Source: an uncultured Gemmatimonadaceae bacterium
GTDB lineage: Bacteria; Gemmatimonadota; Gemmatimonadetes; Gemmatimonadales; Gemmatimonadaceae
Length of the DNA stretch: 64,000 bases
Assembly: GCA_963829055.1 (NCBI GenBank)
Contig: CAWHHI010000011.1
Span: forward strand, 384,001 to 448,000
Direction of reading: 5' to 3'
In this document: piece after piece, positions 11,549 through 23,143 of the stretch
Layout of the letters: every line of letters starts with the position of its first letter
How positions within the stretch are numbered: position 1 is the first letter of the stretch
The notes under the pieces: generated by a model
Seen by the model: the letters and a program-made list of their open reading frames with translations, nothing else
Databases searched by the model: none
Told to the model about the DNA's origin: nothing
Program-made: the position numbers and the translations under genes

Positions 11549-13191
11549 CTGACTTCTCGTCGCGATTTTCTGACCGGCGCCGCCGGCGCCGTCGCCGCCA
11601 TGGTGGGCGCGCCCTCGGTCATCCTTCCGCGACGCAGCCGCACTACGACCTCGTGATCCGCGGCGGCAACGTCATCGACGGCACGGGCGCACCCGCGGTC
11701 GAGATGGACGTCGCGGTGCAGCGGCGGCCGCATCACGGCTGTCGCATCGACGCATCGCCGACAAAGGCACGGTCGAGATCGATGCGCGCGGCGTCGCCGT
11801 CGCGCCGGGATTCATCGACATCCACTCGCATGGCGACGGCTCGCTGTTCTCCGACCCGCGATCCGAGTCGGTGATCCGTCAGGGCGTGACGACGATCGTC
11901 GTCGGGCAGGACGGCAGCTCGCGCTTTCCCTCGCGACGAGCGGGGACGACGAGGCGGCTACGCCTCGTACACGGCGTTCGCGGCGCCATCGATCGCCTAC
12001 CGAGCTCCGTGAACGTCGCGTCGATGATCGGGCTCGGCACCATTCGCGGGATCGTGGTCGGTGCACGACGATCGTCCGGCGACGCCTGACGAGCTGCAAG
12101 CGCATGTGACGATGGTTCGCGACGCGATCGCCGACCGGTGCATGTGGTGCGTCGTCGGGGCTCGAGTACACGCCGGGCGCGTTCGCGTCACGGGCCGAGC
12201 TCGCCGCGTTATGCGCGCCGCTGGCCGCGGCGACGGCTTCCGTACTCGACGCACATGCGCAACGAGGACGATCGGCTGCTCGACGCGATCGACGAATCGA
12301 TCGACGTCGCGCGTCAGGCGCAGCTGCCCGCTGCAGATCTCGCACCTCAAGACACAGGGGCCGCGCAACTGGGGCAAGCTCGACGAGGTGTTCCGTCGTA
12401 TCGATGACGCGCGCCGCGGCGGCATGGACATCATGTTCGACCGCTACCCCTACATCGCGTACCAGACCGGCCTAACGAATCTCTTCCCGGTCTGGAGCCG
12501 AGACGGCGGGACCGCCGCGTTCTTCCGCCGCCTCGACGATCCCGTCGACGTCCGACCGCATCAAGCGCGAGACGCTCGCGAAGATCGAGCTCATCGGCGG
12601 CTGGGACAACGTTCTCATCTCGGGCGTGGGCCGCGGCGGCGACACGACCGCCGAAGGCAAGCGACTCGGCGCATTCGCGCAGGCCAAGGGCGGCCGACCC
12701 GTACGACGCGACGGTGGCGCTGCTGCGCTCCGCAACGGCAACGTCGGTATGGTCGGCTTCGCCATGAGCGAGGACAATCTCGAGCGCATCCTCGCGCATC
12801 CGCTCGGCATGGTCTGCAGCGATGGCGGCGCGTTCGCGACGACGGCGCGTCGCGCCGCGGCAGCCCGCACCCACGCGGGCTCGGCACGTTCCCCCGCGTA
12901 CTCGGCCGCTACGTGCGCGAGCGAAAGGCACTCACGCTCGAGCAGGCGGTGAGGAAGATGAGCGCACTGCCTGCGTCGCGCATCCGACTCGGCGACCGCG
13001 GCCGCATCGCGCCGAAGCTCGCGGCGGACCTCGTGGTCTTCGACCCCGCGACGGTGACGGACAAGGCGACGTTCGAGGATCCGTTCCAGTATCCCGGAAG
13101 GCATTCGCGCGGTCATCGTGAATGGGCAGATCGCGTTCCGCGATGGACAGCGAACGAAGGCGGCGGCGGGAAGGCGCTCAGGCCCAGCTGA
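11549..13191 (+). CDS. N-acyl-D-amino-acid deacylase (D-aminoacylase) family amidohydrolase with Tat signal (indels; start uncertain)
   Basis: 'SRRDFLTGAAGAVAAM' twin-arginine motif; 'YDLVIRGGNVIDGTG', 'APGFIDIHSHGD', 'QGVTTIVVGQDG', 'STHMRNE', 'QISHLK', 'PHPRGLGTFPRVLGRYVRE'. Confidence 0.85.
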
Positions 13192-13305
13192 ACGGGAACA
13201 TGGGACATCGGGACAGCGGACGGGATCATGACGGCCGCGTAGCCGTGCGGCAGAAGCTTCACGGCAAGAGCCTGCGATGCCCGGGTCCCCATGTCCCCGT
13301 TCCCG
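13192..13305. repeat. Imperfect palindrome with GGGAAC/GGGAC units between convergent genes
   Basis: ACGGGAACATGGGACATCGGGAC... pairs with ...GTCCCCATGTCCCCGTTCCCG. Confidence 0.55.
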
Positions 13306-14664
13306 CTATTCCTTCGCAGCTGCGCCTACGACGACTTCTCCGCCTTTCATCACGAACTTCACCTTGCTGCAGATCTTTCACGTCCTTGAGCGGGTCGCCC
13401 TCGACCGCGATGATGTCGGCCAGCTTGCCCGCTTCGATCGACCCAATGCGATCGGCCCAGCCTAACAACGTCGCTGCATTCACCGTCGCCGTCCGCAGCA
13501 CCTCGAGCGGCGACATGCCCGCCTCCTGATACGCCTGCAGCGTCAGCAGGCTCGCCTGGCCGCGCGTCTTCCCCGGCGTGTCGTAGTACTCGTCCGACCC
13601 GAACGCGACCTTCACGCCGGCCTTCACCGCGCGCATGAGCCGCTCGGCGTTTCGCCTTCGCGAACTGCTGTGCGCCCGCGAGCTGCTGACGCTTCTGCTC
13701 CGGCGTGAGGTTACTCGGACCCAACCCCTCGACGTAGAACTCGGCCGGGTAGTCCGTGGCGACGAGGTAGATCCCCTTCTGCGCCATCATTCTCAGCACC
13801 TCGTCCGGAACCGTGTAGGCATGCTCGATCGATGTCACGCCCGCCTCAGCCGCAATGCGCGTGGCCGTGTCACCGATGGCGTGCGCGGCAACCGTGCGGT
13901 TCACGCGTCGCGCTTCCTCGACAATCGCCTTCATCTCGTCCAGCGACACCACGCGCGGACCCGTGTTCACGATGACCTTGATGAGGTCCGCCCCGTCGTA
14001 GAACGCCTGCCTAACGGCTCTGCGCGCTTCGTCGACGGTGCTCACCACCGCGTACTCCTGTTCGATCAGCTTCTGCGTCTCGGGCTGTAGCGGGCCAAAC
14101 TGGCCACCGGCAGCGGACAGCGCGCGCGTCGACGCGCGAATGCGCGGGCCCATGACCCAGCCCGCGTTGATCGCATCGCGCAGCGCGACGTCTCCGCCGA
14201 AGCCGGAGTTCCCGACATCGCGCACCGTCGTTATGCCGGCCTCCAGATCCTCACGGCCCATCTTCGCGCCGAGCAGAGCGCGCTTGGCCGTGCTCATGGT
14301 GGCGACCGTCATCAACATGTTCGGGTCATCGCCGCCGAGATCGCCGCGATAGTTCTGCAGCAGATGCGTGTGCGCGTCGATGAGGCCGGGCAGCAGGGTG
14401 ACGTTACCGAGGTCCGTCACCTTGGCGCCGCTCGGGATGGCGGCATTGGAGCCGACGCTCACGATGCGCCCGGCGCGAATCACGACGACCGGATTCTCCA
14501 TCGTCGTTCCGCTCTTCGGATCCACCATGCGCGCGGCGCGGAGCACAGTCGTCGGTGGCGCGGCTACCCCCGGCGTTGCCTGGGCACCGGCAGAAATTAC
14601 CGGGAGCTGAGCGATGCATGCTGCGACCACGACACGGCGAGCAGTGCGGGCAGATTGAATTCAC
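13306..14664 (-). CDS. Secreted amidohydrolase (Xaa-Pro dipeptidase-like, Amidohydro_1) (indels)
   Basis: 'LLPGLIDAHTHL', 'AGITTVRDVG', 'GADLIKV', 'VAAHAIG', 'SIEHAY', 'VAFGSD', 'GSIEAGKLADIIAVEGDPL'. Confidence 0.88.
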
Positions 14665-14937
14665 GAAGTCCTCGAACGGAGCGAGCTGAGATGCGACGAG
14701 TCGACAGAGAACTCGAATCTATCGGTCGAGGCTGCGCGAGGCAGCCGTCGAGTTGGGCGTGTCTCTTGCTTTTACGCATGCCGAGGCGGCCGGGGCCGTT
14801 CCTGGCGCGCGAACGGAGAGATCACCACCATGCGACTAAACAGAATATATTGCCCAATCCATTGTCCTCGCCTTGGTCACATCGCACGACTGCGTCGGCC
14901 CAGGTCACGCTTCGCAACACGGCCCGCGAGTTGACCG

Positions 14938-15708
14938 ATGCGCTCAGCGACGTCGCTTCATATCTGGGTATCGCCATTCCGCGCGGAAGGACGCGACTGG
15001 ATCTCGGCGTTGGGCGTCGCGGCCGGAGCGGCGGCCCTGTTGCCTGTCGACGATCAGGTCGATTCGTGGATCGTGCGTCACTCGAACGCGGCCATCGTGC
15101 GTGCGGTGTCGCCGTGGGATGAGAACCATCCGAATCTCGGAGACCTGTCCACGGGACAGCGGCTGCTTCCCATCTCGGTGGCGCTGCTCGTACCCGGCAT
15201 GATCAGCGACAACCGCAAACTCAGAGAGGCGGGCTGGGGATGTCTATCAGCCTGGCAGGCGAGCAGCACGATTCGCGAAGCCGTGTATGCCGGCATCTCT
15301 CGCGAGCGGCCGTCGATTGCAGAGGGAGATCAGTACGCCATCACCACACCAGGTGGAGAGTGGGAGTACCACTCGTTTTTCGCCGGCCACGCGACGAACG
15401 CATGGGCGTGCACGTCGTTCTGGAACTCACGCTTTCATCTGGGCGCGCTCGAACCGATTCTCTACGCCGGCGCGACCGGAATCACGCTCTCGCGCATGAA
15501 GGACCGCCGACACTGGGCGTCGGACACGTGGGTGGGCATCGCGGCAGGCTACGCGATGGGCCGATCGGTTGCTGCGCGTTATGCACGGCGTGAGGCCAAG
15601 CGCAACGCGAAGCCCGAGGCAGAGCCGATTCGTGCGTCGTTCCTCGAAGGCCTCTCGGTGGCGCCAACACGCGGCGGCCTCGCGCTCGGCTGGTCGGGCA
15701 TTTTCTAA
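14938..15708 (+). CDS. PAP2-superfamily phosphatase (true start probably further upstream across an indel)
   Basis: PAP2 motifs 'SRERP', 'SFFAGHA', '[12 protein letters not shown]'. Confidence 0.8.
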   Translation: MRSATSLHIWVSPFRAEGRDWISALGVAAGAAALLPVDDQVDSWIVRHSNAAIVRAVSPWDENHPNLGDLSTGQRLLPISVALLVPGMISDNRKLREAGWGCLSAWQASSTIREAVYAGISRERPSIAEGDQYAITTPGGEWEYHSFFAGHATNAWACTSFWNSRFHLGALEPILYAGATGITLSRMKDRRHWASDTWVGIAAGYAMGRSVAARYARREAKRNAKPEAEPIRASFLEGLSVAPTRGGLALGWSGIF

Positions 15709-16034
15709 GGCGGGGACGAGGTCGAGGCGAGCTTCAGGCCCACGATGCCCGCGACGATCAGCGCGATGCAGGTCAGCCGCATCGCGGTAGCCGGCTCGCG
15801 GAACAGGACGATGCCGAGCACCGCCGTACCTACACTCCCAATGCCAGTCCAGACGGCGTACGCGGTCCCGAGCGGCAACGTGCGGAGCGCCACTCCGAGA
15901 AGACTCAGGCTCGCGATCAGAGCCACGGCGGTGGCGACCATCGGCCAAGCCCGCGTGAAGCCCACGGTGTACTTGAGGCCCACGGCCCAGCCGATCTCAA
16001 ACAGTCCAGCAGCGAAAAGGACGGCCCACACCAT
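15705..16034 (-). CDS. sugE: SMR-family guanidinium exporter Gdx (SugE)
   Basis: '[24 protein letters not shown]', '[14 protein letters not shown]', 'GIVGLKL'; 109 aa; preceded by a guanidine-II riboswitch. Confidence 0.93.
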   Translation of the reverse strand: MVWAVLFAAGLFEIGWAVGLKYTVGFTRAWPMVATAVALIASLSLLGVALRTLPLGTAYAVWTGIGSVGTAVLGIVLFREPATAMRLTCIALIVAGIVGLKLASTSSPP

Positions 16035-16054
16035 CTCCGTACTCCACGGATGAT

Positions 16055-16103
16055 GTAGGGTCGTCCCTACGTTCTCGCGCGACTCCGAGGGTCGTCCCCC
16101 GGA
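16055..16103 (-). ncRNA. Guanidine-II (mini-ykkC) riboswitch
   Basis: Minus strand carries two hairpins with ACGA loops, UCCGGGGG-ACGA-CCCUCGGA and GUAGGG-ACGA-CCCUAC, joined by a 13-nt linker and ending 20 nt upstream of the sugE ATG. Confidence 0.92.
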
Positions 16104-16200
16104 CGTGGTGTGCTTCCAAAATATTCTGAAGCAGCGAGCGAGTCCAGCGATCGGACCTCGTTGCGCGCACGCCCCAGCCTGATACCCGCGTTAGGTCCAG

Positions 16201-17016
16201 TCAGGGCAGCGAGTCGATGACTCGGCGCTTGCTCAACTGATCGACGTCGAACGACACGGCGCGACCTCGGCGCGACTCGGCGCCGCGCACGGTCATGAGC
16301 GCCGAGTAGTAGTCGAGGTACGCGAAGGACGAGATCTTCCCGCCGACGAACTCGTACTTCGTCACCGCGTTGCGCCAACGCGACGAGTCCTCCGGCGCGA
16401 CGCCAACGTAGACGTACGGACGAAATCCGTCGGGATCCTCCCAGTTCTCCGCGTACCACACGGACCGAATGCCGCGCCACGCAGGGTGCTCGGTCACGAC
16501 GCCAGGCAGCGACGCGAGCAGCACAGCATCGACGACGACGCGGCTCGCCGCCGCGTGATCCTTGTGGATGCTCGAGCCCCAGTGCGTGAGAACGTGCGTC
16601 GGCTTCACCTGACGAATCACATCAGCCACATAACGCCGCGTCGCATCATCATCCGGCAGCTGGCCATCCTTGTACGGCGCGAACAACACCTCGGCACCTA
16701 ACGCGGCGGCGACGGCCTGAGCCTCGCGGCGCTTCTGTTCGCCGTACGTCTCCGGCGAGAGCTTCGGGTTGCCCCCTTCGCCCAGCGTCAGGTGGAGAAT
16801 CACCGTGCGGTCGCCGAGCCGCCGCTGATGCGCGAGCAGCAAGCCGGTCGTGAGCTCGGCGTCCCCAGCATGCGCGCCAATCGCGAGAATGGTGCGAGCC
16901 GGCGTGGCGGCCTGCGAGCCCTGCGCACCGAGGTCTCTCCCGGGAGTAGCGATCGTTGCGACTGCGACGGCCATCGCGAGCATCAGCGTGATGCGCCGGC
17001 CCGTCGCGACGTTCAC
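16201..17016 (-). CDS. PIG-L/LmbE family N-deacetylase with signal peptide
   Basis: 'ILAIGAHAGDAE', 'LTLGEGG', 'EAQAVAAALG', 'VIRQVKPTHVLTHW...HKDH'; GTG start overlaps the upstream stop (GTGA). Confidence 0.85.
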   Translation of the reverse strand: MNVATGRRITLMLAMAVAVATIATPGRDLGAQGSQAATPARTILAIGAHAGDAELTTGLLLAHQRRLGDRTVILHLTLGEGGNPKLSPETYGEQKRREAQAVAAALGAEVLFAPYKDGQLPDDDATRRYVADVIRQVKPTHVLTHWGSSIHKDHAAASRVVVDAVLLASLPGVVTEHPAWRGIRSVWYAENWEDPDGFRPYVYVGVAPEDSSRWRNAVTKYEFVGGKISSFAYLDYYSALMTVRGAESRRGRAVSFDVDQLSKRRVIDSLP

Positions 17017-17240
17017 GACGCTTTGGTTTCCTTGGGCGCGACCTGGCGCTGAGAGCGACAGGCGAGGCAGACCACCGGCGCACCGAACGAAACCTGAATC
17101 CGACGCACCAACGAGCCGTGCAGATGGTTGTCGCACAGGATTCTCCGACAGCGCTCGCACACGCCGCCTCCGCCAATGTGAAAGCGCACGTGACAGCGGT
17201 CGCACTCGGAAAAGAAGATCGACTTCTTGAGGAAGGGCAT
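17013..17240 (-). CDS. Small Cys/His-rich putative zinc-binding protein (75 aa)
   Basis: 'MPFLKKSIFFSECDRCHVRF..VCERCRRILCDNH..VVCLAC'; CxxC, CxxC-x4-CxxH, CxxC; translationally coupled to the PIG-L gene. Confidence 0.7.
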   Translation of the reverse strand: MPFLKKSIFFSECDRCHVRFHIGGGGVCERCRRILCDNHLHGSLVRRIQVSFGAPVVCLACRSQRQVAPKETKAS

Positions 17241-17271
17241 GTCGAAAAAAATAGCGCCGCGCAACGCGGCG

Positions 17272-17703
17272 TCACACGTTGAGCCGGTCATCGTACGGCA
17301 CCGTTTCGCCGAACTCGACGTGGCGGCGAAGGATCCGCAGATAGAGCGCCCAGCAATGACACGACGTCCGATAGTGGTCGTTGGCCGACGGCCAGCCGCG
17401 ATGGTAGAAGCGCACTCGCGTAGTCTCGCCGGCTGGCTCGAGCTCGAAGCCGACCAGCGAGTCGGTCCAATCGGCATCGGCGCTCGTCAGGCGCAGTTCG
17501 AACGCGGTACCTGGGGCCGCCTTCGTGACCACGGCATTCCAGTGATACCCCGGTCCGAAGTCCAGGTCGTAGGTCGCACCGACCGCGGCCCGTCCGCTCG
17601 AGCGTAGCGTCCACCATTCGTCGAGCAGACGCGGCTCGCTGACCGCCTCGTACACGCGCGCCGCCGACGCGGCGATCGGAAAGTCCTGGAGGATGTCGGC
17701 CAT
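17272..17703 (-). CDS. SRPBCC/AHSA1 (START-like) domain protein
   Basis: 'IAASAARVYEAVS...LDEWWT', 'TRVRFYHRGW...CWALYLRILRRHVEFG'. Confidence 0.85.
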   Translation of the reverse strand: MADILQDFPIAASAARVYEAVSEPRLLDEWWTLRSSGRAAVGATYDLDFGPGYHWNAVVTKAAPGTAFELRLTSADADWTDSLVGFELEPAGETTRVRFYHRGWPSANDHYRTSCHCWALYLRILRRHVEFGETVPYDDRLNV

Positions 17704-17830
17704 CGAATCACTGACTGAAGGAATCAGGTGACGACTGGGGTAGTAACACTACGCGTCGAACTGTTCGCGCACGACTCTCGCGGAACGAGGCGCTTGCGGT
17801 TACCTGACTGCCATCACGGAGCCACAAGAT

Positions 17831-18435
17831 ATGAACTCGCTCACCACTCTCGTCCAGGCACTCGGCGTCGCGTTCGCGTCGGGGATCAGCCCGTACGCAA
17901 CGGTCGCGCTGGCGGGCCTCGCGAGCCGCATGGGATGGATCGACTCGCTGCCCGGCGCGCTCGGCGCCGTGAGTCATCCGGCGGTGATCGTGCTCGCGTC
18001 CGCGCTCACGCTGATGGAGTTTCTCGCGACGCTCATTCCCGGCGTTGCATCGGTGTGGGAGACGATTCACACGGCGATTCGGCCGCCGGCCGCGGCTGCA
18101 CTGGCCGTACTCACCGCCTGGCATGGCGACCCTGCCATCATCACGGCGGCCGCGCTTCTCGGTGGGGGGCTCGGATTCGCGACCCACGCCACGAAGCTCG
18201 GGCTTCGCTACACGATCGACACGTCTCCCGAGCCTGTCACGAACGGCGCCGCCAACATCGCCGAGCTGGGCGTGGTCGCGACGATCGCGTATACCCTGTG
18301 GCACCACCCATACCTGACGCTCGCCGGAGCGCTCGATCGTGCTCGTGCTGCTCATGCTTGCTCGTCCGCACGATCTTCCGCGCGGCAAAGCGTGCGTTGC
18401 GTGGGCTCCGACCCGCAGCGCCCACCACCGGGTGA
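17831..18435 (+). CDS. DUF4126-like membrane protein (indel near 3' end)
   Basis: 'LGVAFASGISPYATV', 'EFLATLIPGVASVWETIHTAIRPPAAA', 'TSPEPVTN'. Confidence 0.75.
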
Positions 18436-18439
18436 CCGC

Positions 18440-19175
18440 CTAACGGATTCTGGTGGGCGCGAAGACCGTCACGGGTGACCCGTCAGCGACGAACGCCGAT
18501 CGTACCGGGCTGCGAAGCACCTGCGCGAACTCCGCGCCGTAGACCGGCTCCACGTTGCCGTCGAGTCGCGCGTCGACCGCGCTCCAGACGTTCCAGCGGG
18601 GATGCTGTACGCGGTATTCGACGGTGCCGCCGTCTCGCTGGCGGGTGTAGCCCCAGTAGTGCTCGGTGATGAACTCCTCTTCGGAGCCTACCTCGAGCGT
18701 TCTTGCCGCGCCCGTCGTGCGGGCTGAGAGGCGAGTCCACGCGCCGTTCGATCGCCACGCGTACTCCCGCTCGACGCACGTCACCGGGCTGAGAATCGTG
18801 GCGATGCCGCATGGGCAGCGCGCGGTACGGCTCGTTGTACAGCAGCCGGGCGACCACGGCGATAGCGGGACGCGGAACGATCTCGCGGACGAAGACCACG
18901 CCTCGACGCACCTCGTTCCCGACCTCGCGGCGAACGTAGAAGCGCAGGTTCACCTCCTCGAACGTCCGGTGCCACGGGATCGGTAGCCCAAGCACGCGGG
19001 TGTCGCGGAAGAGGAATCCGACGACGCTGACGTACAACGTTCCGCGCCAGCGATCCATTTCGACGCCCGCGGGTAGCAGCGGGGCGAGCAGCGCTGGCGC
19101 CACCTCGTAGTTCACCATCACGAGGTCTCGCCACTCGGCGCGGAGGAACGGGCGTTCGCTTGCTGGGTCGCTCAA
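18440..19175 (-). CDS. YqjF/DUF2071 family protein (one indel)
   Basis: 'FLRAEWRDLVMVNYEV', 'FEEVNLRFYVRR', 'EEFITEHYWGYT', 'EYRVQHPRW'. Confidence 0.85.
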
Positions 19176-19372
19176 TCTGGTCGTGTCGATTGCGGTTCAG
19201 CGCGTCCCATTTTCGAACAGCCGCTGGCCTGGCCAGGCCGGTGCGCAACAACACAACACGTTGATTTGACATGTAGTTAGCTGCACATTCGCGACGGCAC
19301 AAGACTTTCCTAAGTGGTATGGCGAGAAGACTCGCCCCCGCGGTCGTAAACCGCCTGCGCTGCACGTAGGAG

Positions 19373-20419
<1,047 letters not shown>

Positions 20420-20422
20420 CCT

Positions 20423-20502
20423 GTCATTCCGAGCGGCGAGCAGGATCGCGTCCGAGAGGCTCGACAACCCGAGACTCGACTCCGGCGTCCGCTCGGAATG
20501 AC
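20423..20502. repeat. REP-like element (GTCATTCCGAGCG family)
   Basis: Perfect 14-bp inverted repeat GTCATTCCGAGCGG/CCGCTCGGAATGAC just after the kinase stop; same family as 59779-60221. Confidence 0.8.
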
Positions 20503-20564
20503 GACGCTAGCGCGAACCGCCTTGCCAGTCGCATCATGATTTTCCGCGAAGACGAGGATGCGAG

Positions 20565-20981
20565 ATGGCTCTCGACGAGTCGGACCTTGGCAACGTAGGT
20601 CCGGACAAGAGCAGAGGCGCTGGCGGCACACCTGGTGGACTTGGGGAATTTTTCATGGGCCTCGCCATGGCCGCTGGTGGCGGATACCTGCTGCTGAATC
20701 AGGTGACCGTCACGTCCGGCTACTGGCAGCTCGGCGGCTACAACGCGTTCGGCATCTCGCTCATCCCGCTGCTGATCGGGATCGCGATGCTCTTCTTCAA
20801 CGGCCAGTCGAAGCTCGGGTGGGTGCTCACCGCACTCGGCGCGCTCGTCATCCTGCTCGGCATCATCACGAACCTGACGATCTTCTTCCGCCCGACGAGC
20901 CTGTTCAACACGCTCATCATTCTCGGATTGCTCGCGGGCGGACTCGGGCTGATCGTGAGAAGCCTTCGCACGAAAGTCTGA
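20565..20981 (+). CDS. Conserved hypothetical 4-TM membrane protein
   Basis: Clean ORF with GC-typical codon usage: 'GAGGTPGGLGEFFMG', 'IFFRPTSLFNTLIILGLLAGGLGLIVRSL'. Confidence 0.8.
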   Translation: MALDESDLGNVGPDKSRGAGGTPGGLGEFFMGLAMAAGGGYLLLNQVTVTSGYWQLGGYNAFGISLIPLLIGIAMLFFNGQSKLGWVLTALGALVILLGIITNLTIFFRPTSLFNTLIILGLLAGGLGLIVRSLRTKV

Positions 20982-21006
20982 ACGCCGCGAGCGGCGCCTA
21001 ACGAGC

Positions 21007-21309
21007 CTAACGCCCCGACAGCAGACGGCCGCGACGTGGCGGCTTCCGTCCGGTCACGCGTGTCCAGCCAGCGGCCGCGCCTCGCCGGGCGGCCAACTGC
21101 GCGACACTCACGAGCACGCCCGTGATCGCGCTCCACGCGACTGCCTTTCCCCAGCTCGTGGTCGACGCGTCGGGATCGATCGGCGGCTCCTCGTCGCGAA
21201 TCGCCCGCCAGCCGCCTTCGATCAACCCTGTCGCCGCAGCGCCCGCGGCCATCGCGGATCCAGCACCCACCAACATCCACGTCACGCGCTGCTTTCGTCG
21301 TTTGTTCAC
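21007..21309 (-). CDS. DUF4235-like small membrane protein
   Basis: 'GWRAIRDEEPP..P......SWGKAVAWSAITGVLVSVAQLAARRGAAAGW...TG..PP'. Confidence 0.7.
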   Translation of the reverse strand: MNKRRKQRVTWMLVGAGSAMAAGAAATGLIEGGWRAIRDEEPPIDPDASTTSWGKAVAWSAITGVLVSVAQLAARRGAAAGWTRVTGRKPPRRGRLLSGR

Positions 21310-21365
21310 CCTGCCCCCTCCGTCAGTAGTCTGACCACTAGCGGGCAAGGCCGGTGCCGGACGTT

Positions 21366-21548
21366 CTACGGCTCGTCGTCGTGGTCAGCCGGAGGACCCG
21401 ACCTGAGCGGTTCCCATGATGGAGGATCGCTCGCAGGAAAGCTTTCCTCCGATGCTTCCTCCACGGCGTCTACTGGAGGCGTACTCACGTCCGCCTGTGG
21501 TCGCGTGGCTGCGCGCGTAACCTCGGGCCGTTCATGTTCTTCGGGCAT
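21366..21548 (-). CDS. Small acidic hypothetical protein
   Basis: RBS GGAGG before ATG; contains the recurrent small-protein motif 'VEEASEESFPASDPPSW'. Confidence 0.7.
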   Translation of the reverse strand: MPEEHERPEVTRAATRPQADVSTPPVDAVEEASEESFPASDPPSWEPLRSGPPADHDDEP

Positions 21549-21709
21549 TGGTGGACCTCCCTGAAATGAGCTGAGCACGAACCCGAACGATGAGCCCGTT
21601 CGAGAACGATCACTCCGCGTAATGGACCAGCTCGACAGAGTGCGGCATGCGTCGTGCCCGTTAGGCGCCCTTCCCTCTGCACACGCCTGACAGCCGCACG
21701 CGGAGTCCC

Positions 21710-22099
21710 ATGGCGCTCCATCTCACGAATTTCAACGTAGCACATCAAATCGCGGGTCGCATCCGAGCGCTGATCGCGCGACAGGACAACGGCGACGTCA
21801 CCGCCGCCGCGCGCCGACTCGAACTTCCCATCGCGGACGTCTATCTACCGGAACGCGTCATCTCGCTCGAACGATGAGCCGGCGGCGCTCGAATTTCTCG
21901 CGACGGTCGTTCGCAGCTACGACGCGGACGTCTGCTGGCTGATCACCGGCACGACGGCCCGCAACGCGCAGCGCGCGACGCCATTCTCCGAGCGAGGCGC
22001 GCGGTGACGATCGTCGAGCTCCTCGGCGAGTTGAGCGACCGGCTGCTCGACGAAGTGCGCAGCGAGCGCGAGACCACGTCGAAGCACGGGCCACACTAA
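21710..22099 (+). CDS. Hypothetical protein with HTH-like N-terminus (indels; absent from ORF track)
   Basis: GGAG RBS, then 'MALHLTNFNVAHQIAGRIRALIARQDNGDVTAAARRLELPIADV', 'LEFLATVVRSYDADVCWLITG', 'IVELLGELSDRLLDEVR..PH*'. Confidence 0.5.
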
Positions 22100-22108
22100 C
22101 GCGCACCG

Positions 22109-23008
22109 TCAGCCTGCGATGCTCGGCGCCATGCCCATGGAGTGGTAGCCCTTGTCGACGTAGATCGTCGTGCCGGTGATGCCTGACGCGAGCGGGCTCG
22201 CGAGAAACGCCGCGGTGACGCCGACGTCCATCGGCGTCAGCTCGCTCGTGAGCGGCGAGTTGGCCGAGCAGTACTCGACCATGCGCTCGATGATGCCGAT
22301 GGCGCTCGCGGCGCGCGACGCGAGTGGGCCGGCGGAGATGGTGTTGATGCGAACGCCCCACTTGCGGCCGGCCTCGTAGGCGAGCGTCCGCGTGTCGCTC
22401 TCGAGCGCCGCTTTCGCCGACGACATTCCGCCGCCGTAGCCCGGGATCACGCGCTCGCTCGCCATGTACGTGAGCGAAACGACCGACGCGTTAGGCCGCA
22501 GCAGTGGACCCGAGCCGACTCACGAGCGAGATGAGCGAGTACGCGCTCACGCCCACGGCGGCGAGATAGCCCGATCGCGACGTCTCGAGCAGCGGCTTCT
22601 TGACCTCCGGGCCGTTCGCCAGCGAGTGCACGACGAATGTCGAGTGCCGGGGTTCCGAAATCACTCGTCAGGCGCGTCGCGAGCCCGTCGATCGAGAAGT
22701 CGCCGACGCTCGCGATAGCGCTTGTTCGTGCGGATGTCCTCGGGGGCGTCGGCGAGCGTGTCGAACGCGGCGTCGAGCGGATAGATGCGCTCGAACTCCA
22801 TCAGCGAGCCGTTGCCGAGTCGACGGGACTCGTCGAGCTTCCCGCGCTCGAGCAGATTCATGAAAATGTTGAGCGCCGGCGGCCACGTGCCGACGCAGAC
22901 CGACGCTCCGGCCTCGGCGAGCGCCTTCGCGATGGCGAACCCGTATCCTGCATCGTCGGCGACGCCGGCGACCAGCGCGCGACGGCCGGTGAGATCGATG
23001 GCTAGCAT
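22109..23008 (-). CDS. fabI: Enoyl-ACP reductase FabI, chlamydial/plant type (indels)
   Basis: '[43 protein letters not shown]', '[18 protein letters not shown]', '[10 protein letters not shown]', '[30 protein letters not shown]'. Confidence 0.92.
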
Positions 23009-23089
23009 GGCGTGATATCGCCACTCGGGTTGCGCCGGGCAAGTGGCCGGGACTTCCGATAGTACCGGTGGTTGTGCTATGGTCGGCTG

Positions 23090-23136
23090 GCTGTCGCAGG
23101 TCAGCTGTCGCAGGTGAGCTGTCGCTGGTCAGCTGG
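23090..23136. repeat. 14-bp tandem repeat x3 upstream of the receiver gene
   Basis: GCTGTCGCAGGTCA GCTGTCGCAGGTGA GCTGTCGCTGGTCA GCTGG, ending at the RBS. Confidence 0.75.
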
Positions 23137-23143
23137 AGGAGAA

